From assembly GCF_964204645.1 (NCBI RefSeq), contig NC_134027.1:9208485-9272484 (forward strand): a DNA stretch of 64,000 nt, given 5' to 3'. Below are positions 44,554 through 56,690 of this stretch, piece after piece (the stretch's first letter is position 1; every line of letters begins with the position of its first letter). The stretch comes from Tubulanus polymorphus (lineage: Eukaryota; Animalia; Nemertea). A model generated the notes under the pieces. It was not told the DNA's origin. It did no database searches and was given only the letters and a program-made list of their open reading frames with translations. The position numbers and the translations under genes are program-made.

Positions 44554-47500
44554 GGTTCTCGTCCTTATCAACCCTAGAATCTGTTCGACAGGGATGGTGC
44601 CACTTATCCTTACGCCTATGATCTGATCTAAGCAGTTAAATGCCATTATCTTTTTGCAGAAAACCGTGCAAAGAGTTAAGAACCTACGTGTTGGAGCTTC
44701 AGATAGGAGTGGCATTTGCAATGTAGGTGTACCCCGTTATTCGCTTCTGTATAATGATGGTTCATGTCGATAATTATACCATCCTCGAACAGCGGGGACA
44801 CGTCAAATAATGGATAATTTCCGATGCAAAAATGAGCAATACCTTATCGTTAGTTCGGGTCTACCGTATACTTACTTAACAACTGCTATATCGACGACAA
44901 AAATACGGCCGGAATAAAGGCAATGAACCTTTTAACTATAATATAATGATGATATTCGCGTGCTCTTTATGACTGGTGTTAATAAGACGATGATGTTTCG
45001 ACAATATGAAGTATTTCACAAATATTGAAATCGTTCCTTTGTAACAACTAACATGAAGATTTGTTTTTCTCTGAAATGTCCGAATCCAAAATTTATCCAA
45101 AATCAGCTATGGCGATTTATAAATCCGTCCGTGTTTTTGTTTAGATATCTGTCAACTGATTCATAAGTGTTTTTTTCAAATTCAACTATGTTTACTTGTG
45201 AAAAAAACCCATCTACCTAACCAGATAGTATACACTTACTGTACTGTTAGGGTTGTGTAACCCTAACGGGACACAACAGCGCTTCCCCACACGTATGACT
45301 GATTCGTTTGAAAAGTATGGGTATCGATTTTCTCAAAATGCGTTTAATCTTCTCAAATCACAAACGATGTCGCATAAACCTTTGGTGTGTCAGCTAACAG
45401 AACAAGAAAAAAACGCCGATTGGCGCTTGATCAATGCAGCAGCAACGGCACCAGTCACCGATAATTAATTGTAAAAGCTGATTTCCTTTCAAACCTCTCA
45501 TCGGCAAAAGCATTCGCCGCGTTGCAAAAGTCGTAATTATCGGTTTTCATTGCGACACAAACCTTTTAATCACGTTGAAATGTTTGAACCTCGTATCAAA
45601 AGATTCAACTGTTCGAAGTTTACATACAAAAGCTCGGAAATCACATTTCAATTTCCGTAGTTAAAATGTGATTCTTTTTATAAAAAGCCCTTTCGTACAA
45701 CCGTCAGATGAAGGGTACTAATACTCGCATATAGGTTTTAAACTTATCATTCGGTTCTCAGGGTCAGAGTGTGGATATTCTAGCACTGGTGTCCTAAGTC
45801 ATGGTATCACCATGAATGTATCTGCGAAACGAACGGTGTTCATAAATATAAATGCTTGCAACAGCTGCTGGTGTGTGTAAAAGTCAGAATCAACGAACAA
45901 CGAACAAACGATGATGGCACGCATCGATTAAAACGATGAACGAATGTCATTCAAAATCGGATATGTCAACTGAATAAATTGCGAAGCTATCGTTTTTATA
46001 CGTAATGAGACAACGTAGTTATTGACAGACGTGACCGGAATGAACCGGTCGTATATCCGTCGTCGGTTCTTGCTCCCTATCGGATGTCAAACATTCTCAT
46101 ATCTGAGGTAATTCCCTCATCCAGTTCGTCTTCATTTATGAGGCCAGGGGGTCATTCACGACCATCGTGGAAATCACGTCGTAAAACGCTCGTCAGACTT
46201 TTGTTCCGCTATCGTGCATTTCATGATCCCCAATACGATCTCGATTTGACGACTGGGAACTAGGGAACTTTTACAATGAAAACAAAAAACATGGGAGTTA
46301 TGGGTACAGTTATCTAGGTTATATAACTCAATATACAGTATACTCCACCCCAGTCGGATCAACTCGCATCAACTCGGGTAACCGTTCAACTCGGCTGATG
46401 GTTGTTGAAATATATATGTTTGTGACACTATTTAAGAAATACGTAACATTCAACTCGTATATTACTCGGACCGGTCGAGTCAGACACATTTTTTACGGTC
46501 CAAAAAGATCAGATACTGTACAGTCTACAGTAGTTATATACTCCAAGCTCGCTATATAGCAGATCTTTATTCAAAAAGAAATTATAACAAGTTATACAAA
46601 TTATATAGTGGATGTACATACAGAATATGATTAAATGTTGTGATATCAATTGAGGGGCCCCAAAGAAGCAAATTCGATCTAAAGCAGAGTCATTGGTAAA
46701 TTCTTCTTCGAAATATCGATTCGTATTTTTATCAAACACCGCGACTCTTGATAGCCGTTGACAGTTTTCCGACTCGTATACAAAACCAGCGTAATGAATT
46801 ATGATTCAATCATTTTTCTTACCGAGAATATGATTACTAAACAAGGTCGGACGGCGTTAGAAAATACGCAATTCCGCTATTTGAGAATATTTAAAAAGTA
46901 GCACACGTAGTTGGTGAATGGACGTCGGTTGCGCGTTCGTCAAGGCTACTGCCGGTGACAACGACGCAAATGCCTCGCTAATCAGCAAATTATTAGCTGT
47001 CAATCGCGAAGCGTGAATGATCGGTAATATCAATTTCTCATCGACAAATTCCGCATTAACCTTAAACAGATGGTTTTGATATACCTGTATTCGATCCGTA
47101 TGTTCCTATACGCGTCGATAATAACTAGCTAAACGCGAAAAAAAACTGACTGTTTGGATCAGGGGTTCGACCAGGTTTTGTTTCTTTTTTAACTATATGA
47201 GATAATCGTGATTCGATCGGCCCCGATCGTGTGTCACTTCGTGCTAACGCTGCACCGCCCGCCGCCGAGATCACGTTGTTTGTTTCGATTACAGTTTCCG
47301 GCGGTGATTCGAAAGGCTCCCGACGTCCGGAGTTATGGCAATAAGGCGTATTAACGATAAGAGTACCAAATAGAGCGGATTGCGTAACAAGATTGCATGT
47401 CGCTTTCTCGGCACGACTTGGCTCCCCTGGCTCTCGCAAACCACTTTATTCCGCTTGCTAATGTACCGGGTTAAGGAGAACGAAATAAAGATAAGATTAC

Positions 47501-47888
47501 GTCCGCAGATTACGATGCGAAATGTGTCGGCCATTATCTTACGCAAGGCGGCCAATCCGCAGACTTTTTTGCGAACTAAAAAAATAAAAGCGACATGTAT
47601 TCGGCAAAAATTAATGGGATGTGACCGACATAGAAAAGCGACTTGTAAAATCCTTAGACGCCCGTGCCTAGAAGCTGCTTTGATGAAGATCTGCCGAGAC
47701 ATCACTCGTCTTGGAAAGTTTGTGTAATCACTTCACAGGCCGCATAATATAGTAACATGTACGTTTTGTACGTGCATGGTGATAACAAATGGCCGTTGGT
47801 GATCATGTTAATCACCGTTTGTGTAACAGACTAAGATACCTAATCTTTTCTTAGTTTGGTTAAAGAATATTGTAAGAGATCAGATAAG

Positions 47889-49208
47889 TATGGTGGCCGA
47901 TAAGGGCCATGAAAATATTTCCTGACAAAAAAATTATTTCGTCATGAAAAATAAATTTCCATCAAAAATTATTTCGTACGGAAGCCCCTAGGTGACATAT
48001 GAGATAATTTTTTTCATAATTTCGACTTGTTAAGTCGAATTTCGACTTAAGTCGAATTTCGACATAATAAGTCGAATTTCGACATAATAAGTCGAATTTC
48101 GACTTAATTAACGCGAAATTCGACTTATTATGTCGAAATTCGACTTAAAGACATAATAAGTCGAAATTGTGAAAAAAATTTTCTCGTATGTCACCTAGGG
48201 GCTTCCGTAATTTCGTGAGTCAGAATAATTTCATGAAAAATAAATTTCCATCGAAAAATATTTCGTGAGTAAAGATAATTTCCACTGTGAAAAATAAATT
48301 TCCATCAAAATATATTCGTAAGCAAAAATAATTTTCTTCCCTTCAAAACATATGCCGAGTAAAAATAATTCCGCAATGAAAAATAAATCGCCTTCCTTCA
48401 AAATATATTCCGACGACTAAAATATTTTTGCAGTGTAACAATAATTGTGGGGTTTTCCGCTAGCGCACGCGTAAGCGCGCCTGTCGATTGAACCGTATAT
48501 ACCTGATCTTATTTCATCTATGCTTCTAGCCCTCTCGTGGTACAAACAGCGTGCATATCATAGGGGATACCGCACGGCTCTCATTCACACATGAATCAGG
48601 GAACATGGGTAAAGCTTTGGTTTTGATACAAAATTAGGGCTCTTGATTGTGATTCCTCCTCACACCTCCATCAACATCCTAGTGTCCATCAAGAAATAAA
48701 TATTTCGGTCAATGTAGTGGACTCCGCCGATCAACACAAGTTGCAGTAGCCGTAGGATCGAAAACTAAGACATCTTTTTATACTTGATGTCCCGTTCAAC
48801 ACACTACATACACACTACATACTTAACGGTACAAACACCGCTGCGCCCTAGTTGTAGCGCAATCGATATAGAGCGCGCGAAAACGTGAAAACCCGAAATT
48901 ATTTTTACAGCAGATATTTTTAGACATAGGAAAATATTTCTGATGGAAATATTTTCACTCACAAAATATATTTCGATGGCGATTTATTTTTTCACAGCGA
49001 AATTATTTTCACTCGCGAAATATTTTTCGATAGAAAATTATTTTCATGACAAAATCATTTTACACTCAAGAAATATTTTTCGATGGAAAATTATTTTTCA
49101 TGACGAAATTATTTTCACTCAGGAATATTTTTCGATAGTAATTTATTTTTCATGACGAAATAATTTTTTCATCTTGAAATATTTTCATGGCCCTTATCAG
49201 CCACCATA
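47889..49208. mobile_element. Non-autonomous TIR DNA transposon, IS3EU-like, with inverted subterminal tandem repeats
   Basis: Termini TATGGTGGCCGATAAGGGCCATGAAAATATTTC / GAAATATTTTCATGGCCCTTATCAGCCACCATA; 6-bp TSD GATAAG (47883-47888 and 49209-49214). AT-rich ~45-bp repeats lie in opposite orientation in the two arms. TAY..RTA ends with a 6-bp TSD fit IS3EU. Confidence 0.85.
47977..48209. mobile_element. Nested MITE (IS3EU-like) inserted in the 47889-49208 element
   Basis: TIR TACGGAAGCCCCTAGGTGACATA..TATGTCACCTAGGGGCTTCCGTA; 6-bp TSD ATTTCG (47971-47976, 48210-48215). The interior is made of AAGTCGAATTTCGAC repeats. Confidence 0.9.
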
Positions 49209-50900
49209 GATAAGACAAGCACGCGTTGTAAACTCGTTGTAAAAGTTTGCCTGTGAATACAGTTACGTCGAGAAGATACACGATATCCGTGCAATCGTGA
49301 GATGAATATACGAGGGATATCACAATAATTCAGCCGAATATTAAAAGTTCTTGAATAGAAGTGTATTCGTATATTAGTCTTTAACCGAAACGTTGCTCAA
49401 ATACATCTATATACACTTCTACCCAATAACTTTTCACCTTCGGCTGATAACCATTGAATTTGATAAGTGGATCAAATTTCTTACCAAAACGGGAATGATT
49501 TCAAGGCAATACAGCTTCATTGAGATTTCGTTTCGAAAGAATGGTTACAACTTAGAAATCACTACAGTCACCGATAATCTGATACCACAAAAACGGCCTT
49601 ACGCTGGTTGCATTGTATATGAGCGGTGCAGTCTAGTCGTAGTGGACGTCATTTCCGGTGATGTCTGATTGCCGGTGGACATGACTCGCCACTAGACGCT
49701 GCGGCGGAAATTACTGGTTTTTAAGTAAATAAGCTCTCGCCGGTAAAACACCTCTGCACGAGCGGAAGATTTCTTCCAAGGTTTCGCCGATTATGACGGA
49801 CAATTGTAGTATACTATACGCGTGGGAGAAAATAGAAAGGGAATTCGATCCACGATATTTTTTCGAAAATCTAATTATCTTGATATAAATGCTCCGATGG
49901 ATATGAGGTTTTTAGGAAAATAACACATTTGTGCAATGCAAAACAAGACAACACTATCTAATCACACTGTAATTTCGTTGTCATTTTGACAGTTTGCTGC
50001 ACTATCAATATGTTGGATGTACATCAGTATTTGAAAAAAATGAAAGATACATTTTCTTCTCACTTCTCGTCGTGAACTGAAAACCAGCCACGTTGCGAAC
50101 TGGAATAAACATCGCCGCGTTGTAGCTGCCATCTAGCATTTCGTTACGTTGACAGAACTGAATCTAACAACGCTGTGAATCGTAGCGTGCGCCAGCCACC
50201 GTGTCCCTGCTTCGCCAATGCCAGATCCTTCAGCGCCAATTTTCGCAAATAAAAGGTTAAAACCAATTCTCGATTACGTGAATAACTTTCATTCGACGTT
50301 AGTTCAGAGCAGGAACAATGATAATAAGTTATGTTTTTAAAAGTAAAATACAATAGAAATACGCACTTAGCTCCCACTCCCTTTCCCACGCCGATTCATA
50401 CATAAATCTATTATTAATTTGCAAAATTTTGGGAAAAAGTGTTTTCGATATTTTGTTTCAATGTAAAAAAGAATTAGGCAGATTTAGATCATGCGAACGT
50501 TACACATTCTATCTGTTATTTTTTGTGTTACGATATGACATTTCTCCGCAAGAGTCGGAGCTGTTCACGTCACACAAAAACATTTCAACGTCGGGTGGGA
50601 TGCGTATGTAATGCGATAGCTGTAATTGTGCTGAAATAACACCGTTACTGCGCATAACTGCATCGCGAAACATCGCCGTAAAAACTTGTCATACGAACCG
50701 AGGCAAATACGCAAGCAAACGACACCGCGTACCTTTTTCCATTGGAAACTCAACGTTTTAAACTCACTCATCGTTACTGAAAAGAGTAAGTGATTATCTG
50801 ATTCTAATTTCACTCACTTTCTTTAGTAGGATGTTTTCATTCTTGTTTCGAAACTACGAAACCGTTTTGGATAAAAATATCAAACATCATATTGTGTCAC

Positions 50901-51042
50901 TGAGTACGTAGCCATGCTTTCCACGGGGGCCTGGCACAAAATGATTTTGGCCGCAGTATCCTAGGTACTAAAGAATTAGGATACTGGGGTCAAAAAGGTT
51001 TGTGTCAGCCCTCTGCGATGCTTCGTAAAAAGCATATACTCA
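50901..51042. mobile_element. Palindromic MITE remnant ~260 bp upstream of the PAN-CTHRC1 gene ATG
   Basis: TGAGTA..ATGCTTT..GGCACAAA..CAGTATCCTA / TAGGATACTG..TTTGTGTC..AAAGCAT..TACTCA. Confidence 0.5.
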
Positions 51043-51298
51043 AATGAATTCTTAACGTTAAAACAAACTGCTTCCATCCTGGTTAAATTTTGTTGATTAT
51101 AGTAATTCAAGATGTGTGAATAATCTCGTCAGTTGATAGAACTTTTTAATAAGAGAACTTTTTTAACAACACATCGTCTAGAAACTCAGTCGGACTGAAT
51201 CGCCACGAGGTTACTCAGTGAGCGGATCACGTGGTAGATAAAGTACGCTGGCTCTCAAGAAACATTCTATTTCCTAACGTAAATAAAATTCCTTTAAG

Positions 51299-54200
51299 AT
51301 GTGGCGTCGGGAATGGAAACTGGCTGTTGTTTTTCTATATTTCTGCGAAGGAACCATCTCGTGTGCGTCTAACGAGGTTTGTCAACAAACGTGCTTGAAC
51401 GGAACGTCTTCGCGGCCTCTTAACTGTCATTTTAAAACAGTGAGCGTCGATAATAACACGGAAGTGAATAATATGTCATCATTTTCATCCGTTTCGAAGA
51501 TTCGGTGCGCCCGTGATTGCTCCGCGCGTGAGGGCTGCAATTGCTTCACATACGACAAAACCCTTCGCATGTGTACGCTTATGGAAAAACAAGCCGTAAG
51601 TACAATATCCTAAATGTGAAATGAACACAAAGACCTAATATAATTCTTAATTAAATTGATTATAGACTCTAAAAATCTGAAATTGCTGTTTACTAGATTA
51701 GATATTACACAACGGTCCATTAATTCATGGCATGTTGGCAACGTAGAAGTTTGGTGACTTGGCAAATTGGTTAATTATTAACCAATTTGCCAAGTCACCA
51801 AACTACTTTTTTCTCCATTATCATATCTGTTCTAAACAAACGTCCATCTGAATGTTATGGTGGCTGATTCCAACCTTTCAAATAAGACAATTCCGTGCAA
51901 AAATATATATTTTTATAAATTATTTGCATGGTGTATTGCACGGGATTTTTTATTTTATACTCTGCTCGATTCAGCGACGATAGAATGTTTTCGCGTTATC
52001 ATATGTGGACAGAACATTCAAAGTTTTATCATTGAGAATTATCAAGATTATTATATGAATTATTATTTTAGAACATTTTACACTGACGTTCTACGTTCGT
52101 GCTCTAAACGGTGTCTGCCCAGTATACTTGGAACATGTGAAAGTAAAATTCTCGCCATCGGCATGCTCCAAACGCTTTTCGTCGACCTTAAAATGAATTC
52201 ATTCGAATGCACCGTTTTAGATAGAGCCAACGCTCACCGATCGAAATAAAGAAAAGAGCGATTTAAAAAAAATACGCATTCGCTGCACCAGGGTTATTCA
52301 ATGGCTTGCTTTTCTAGTCCTCGCCCGTCGTACGCTTATGTTTATCTTCATTCCGATTGCGGTAATGCGATACGCGCGCGGAGGTGCCACTAACTGGATG
52401 GATCGTTATGGCGTGTGTCGGTAACGTGTTTTTAAGGAGAGCGAAACACCAACTTTCGATTAGATCCCGTTGTTCTCATCGTCAATCATTGATGAATTAA
52501 CATCGTTGTGTATGTTTTGTTGTCGTTTCAAGCAAATAAGTTTTTACTATCACGCTCCTTTGCTTTTTTAACCTTCGCTGCCTTCCTTCTCAGTGTCACC
52601 GTGCTTTTTATGTAGTGTGTTTTCGTGAATTTACATTCTACGAACTTGTTGTTTTAATGATTCTATCTAAAAGCAATTCAGGTAGTAAGTGATTTAACTG
52701 CGAGTAAAGGTCGCTAGCTTTCACGAATTTACAAACTACGAATCGTCGATAATGATTCTATTTGAAAGCAATTCAGGTAGTTAGTGATATAACTGCGAGT
52801 GAAGCTTTCTTCTACTATGCAGGCTTCTTCTTGAAATCGCATAATTCTATAAATTGTATAATGGTTTTTCGACGTTTTCTGAATTTCAGGTATACAAATC
52901 GTACAGTCCGAAATATATTACATATCGATCTATTGGACTAGTATCAAGCAGCCAAAACGAGAGGGAAATATCGGTAATACTACGATTACAACTGTCACAT
53001 AGTTATTACTAACTCCATATCTAGTTATCATTAAGTTTATCAATTCCTTTTGTCACAGGACAATCCCCCTATTAGGTACCGCCCCTAGAGCTTTAAGTTT
53101 TCATTTATACTCATGTACCTATTTATTCATGAAATTATATCTAAAGAACTTATATCAATAATGTTGTACATATCATAAGTAAATAAATCATCATTATTCA
53201 TTAACTATAGAAATTGATTCGTTCCTAGACTAGGGCTAGGTATCTACATGATGGGATTTAAGCCAGTATTTTAGGACAATGAATCTTGTCTGTTTGGTCC
53301 GAAATATAAAGGAATTGAGAAATATGTACTTCAATTTTACTATTCTTGCCTGTGATTTTATTTTGCTTTTTTGTCTGTGATTTTGTTTCATTTGTATTCC
53401 TCAAGACCTTCATCTCAGATTCTGCAATGACTATCTAAGTTGTTTTTCTTGAATAGGCAATGATGGAATTTGCTCCCGACTTCACTAGATTGTTATTCTT
53501 TTTCTAACAGACTCAATTGATTACGAAGAGAGAAGCGACGTCTGTTCTGTACGTGAAATGGTCGATAACCATCGGTATCTTAGACCAGCAGACCACCACC
53601 GAAAAATGTGCCAGATTCTACGTAAAGTTGAACGGTAAATCGTGCACAAATCCGGGTCCTATAGACATGGTATACTTTCAGAGCGGAGCGAACATTGAGA
53701 TGACGTTGCCACATACAGGTGCATGCCTTATGAAGTATAGAAATCATGAATTTTTACAAACCATTGAAAGTAATAAGCGATTAAGTCATCTAGATGTTAA
53801 CCATTTCTTCAATTATCTAGTCGGAGGCATCTGCGAAGACCAGATTCCTAATGGTTTAGTAAACATTTCTCTGTGTTTGGGGAACTGTGCATCTTATCCT
53901 ATGGATATGGCTACGACAAGGAACTACACGAACACCCGAATGACTGTAGAAGAATTGGTCACAAACGGTAAGAAATTTCAAAGACTTTTGTTCACATGAA
54001 TATATACACTGACGACAATCGTTGAGTTCGTCTGCGGAATGCATTTATCATTTTAGACTCCCCTAGTTTGCGGAATATTTTTCACAAGGTATTGACAAGT
54101 TCAACAAGTTTCGACTTACCCTCCAACGAATCATCTGGCCACATCCAACAATACGTAAGAAATAGATTTTAACGCCTCTTTTTATATCGACATATGGCGT

Positions 54201-56301
54201 CGTTTACAATCGATGACATCGATGATCTGACATCGCATTCAAAGATGGTTTTTTAATACCTATAAAGTTTTGATCTTTGAATTGATTTTGTGCCCCATAT
54301 CTCCACGAATGAATCAATGGATGAATGAATTCATTTAACTTCTCAAAATTGTATTACATAGTAAAAAAATTACGAAGGTTTCACTTCAAATTTTCATTTC
54401 AGAACCTGACCTTTAGAAAGAAAAGTGACACGACTGTCGTGCGGGTGACTTTGATTGCCACTTTGGGTCTCTTTTACGTAAACAGTCCGACGATGATGTG
54501 GACGGGGTTAACGTTTAAATTGAACAGTCTGCCGTGTTCACAACCGTCCGCTATAGTGTCAGCTGTGGGGTTCGAAACCTCGAATGCAACAGCCAGAAAC
54601 GTCGTCAGTAGGTTTGATTGTTTAAGAAAAGTACTCAAGCTAGAGACGCATGCATGCGGTTAAGGTGGCTGAGTTTTGACAGCATGACGCAGAGATGCGG
54701 AGCATGTGTGTCAAGGCCCATGCATTCCCATATTGATATTCTGCAAAACGCAGCGGTCAAACTTGAACGCAACACACTACATCACAGCAAATGTGAACCG
54801 CGTGTTTGTGTTCCTATCGGCAATTTCCGAAAATAGGATTTCAAAAATTTCCACTCCGTTTGTATTTTCTGAAATTCTCATTACAGTGAGTGGAACCTGC
54901 AACGGTCTTGTAAAAGGCGATACGGTTCTAAGCTTGGAAATCAGCCACGAAGATTCCGCGGCCATACGAACATTAACGTGGGGCTCGGTATCCAGAATCA
55001 TCGTTGAGGAGTACGAAACAGGTGTGTATGTGCATTTCATCATCGATCAGTCGACAAAAATATTCAACACTTAAGCGACGAAATACGATATATAAGAGGC
55101 AAATAATGTGTGATTAAATGTAAAAAGATTGATTCATTTGCGGAAAATGATAGTAGAATCGTCATTGGCTTAGTTCTATAAGCTAATTTAGCTATCTATG
55201 ATGTCATATAGATCTTTACAATATCGTCGTTCCATTTTTTCAGCGGGCACCGGTTCACCGATATTCAACACAAAAACTGTCACAAATGGCGTGGCCATAA
55301 TGGGTGAAATCGATCAAACGATACTCGTGAGTTTATAATTTGTAATACATGCACTGTTAGGTATACAGAAGCGTCCCGGGGACTTAGAAAACCATATTTT
55401 TGAATAAAAACGGCGCTACCCCTTTCTTGAGAGGTCATTGACGCTGACAAATTCCAAGATGTAGCAAAGAATATTAGAAAAAAAATATTCAAAAGTAGAA
55501 TCTTTTTCTTAAAACTTGATAAGAAATATTTATAAATATGATTTTCTTAAAGATTTTTCCGACAGTTTTTATTCAAAAATTTGAATTTCTTTGGTGTCCC
55601 CAGTACGCTTTCGCAGTACGGAGAAAATGTGTTAGATAAATTGACAATCACTTATGTCGATTCGTTCTGTAAATGTGGATGTAAATAATTATTTAAGTCA
55701 ACTGTGGCTGTCTAAGTAATCATCGTCTCTGTCGTCCGTACAATGTAACAATCGAAACCTTACTTACAGACGATGGATTTCCTGAAAAACGATGCCCAAT
55801 CAGCGTTGAGCGTGGCTTTTACTTCATCGTTGTCGAGGGCCATTTGTACGGCGAATGAAACCGACCCGATCTGTTATCGGTACGCGTTAACGATTAACGG
55901 TACAGAATGCGACCAATTCTCAGTAGACACGGCCGTTCGCGTCGTCGAGCCGTCATCCTTTTACTATATCCCTTTTCAACGTAAGTGATAAAGGGCCAAG
56001 CCGTCATTTAAAGGGCCTCGACAACTCGAGGCCCTTTATCGCTTCCGTAATCAACTGAATTATTTACCACCGTTATGACATTTCGGTCAACAATTCAAAC
56101 GATTAATGCAACGTGACAATCTAACATCGAATTCATTCGTTGATTTCAGTATTTGGTATGTGTCTGCACGTTCCTGCCGGTCCATTGATACTCGGAGTCA
56201 AAATTCTGACTTGCCAAGGCATCAATCCACCGTGTACGACAATAACGGGCGGCAATAATTCTTTGACAAGTTTTACAGTGGAGGAGATACTGATTTCTTA
56301 A
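51299..56301 (+). CDS. Secreted protein: signal peptide + PAN/apple domain + three tandem CTHRC1 C-terminal-like domains (10 exons, ~539 aa)
   Basis: Manual GT-AG exons: 51299-51595, 52890-52973, 53511-53718, 53821-53967, 54057-54154, 54403-54607, 54887-55021, 55244-55326, 55770-55980, 56150-56301. Total 1620 nt, in frame, ending TAA. Exon 1 has a hydrophobic N-terminus and PAN-type CARDCSAREGCNCFTYDKTLRMC. Each repeat resembles the CTHRC1 C-terminus: TK/FRK/FLK..S.L.V, LNGKSC.NPGPID / LNSLPCSQP / INGTEC, G.C..G, and TRMTVEEL / WGSVSRIIVEE / TSFTVEEI (cf. CTHRC1 WNSVSRIIIEEL, recalled). AATAAA at 56504. Confidence 0.85.
51748..51804. repeat. Perfect 28-bp inverted repeat with 1-nt spacer in intron 1
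   Basis: AGTTTGGTGACTTGGCAAATTGGTTAAT-T-ATTAACCAATTTGCCAAGTCACCAAACT. Confidence 0.95.
52656..52805. repeat. Direct duplication of ~55 bp in intron 1
   Basis: AATGATTCTAT.T.AAAGCAATTCAGGTAGT.AGTGAT.TAACTGCGAGT occurs at ~52656 and ~52751. Confidence 0.85.
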
Positions 56302-56690
56302 TAACTTCATATCACTGATAAACTACAGATGTTAGTGGCTAGACGTTTCTCGATGCATTTTTTTCGATTCCTTAACCTCACGGACATGTTTTTATCAGAT
56401 TTAAATTCTTGAAACGAATTACAAAAAAGATATTGTCATTATCAAAGCATGCATTATCATTCGTGTTTGAGTCGAGTAGAAAACACAATATCCGTGTATG
56501 ATGAATAAACGCGAGAGATCCCACAGTAAATACAGCCAAAATGCGAAACTTGAATAGAAGGGTATATGTTTGCGCAACGTTTCGGCTAAATACTATTAGT
56601 CATCATTTTCTCGTTTGGCTGTTTTTATTGTGGGATTTCTCGCGTTTAATCATCCGTGTTTATTTAAGCTTTACACAAATCTCCATTTCG

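Noticed and set aside
47125-47727. Three overlapping ORFs of 104-138 aa
   Set aside because: No motifs recognised; consistent with chance stop-free frames in a GC-richer patch.
48020-48170. CRISPR-like palindromic repeats (AAGTCGAATTTCGAC)
   Set aside because: No unique spacers and no cas genes; eukaryotic context; they are the interior of a TIR/TSD-bounded MITE.
51857-52249. 130-aa ORF inside the PAN-CTHRC1 gene
   Set aside because: Starts in a solo MITE end within intron 1; exons 1 and 2 join in frame without it.
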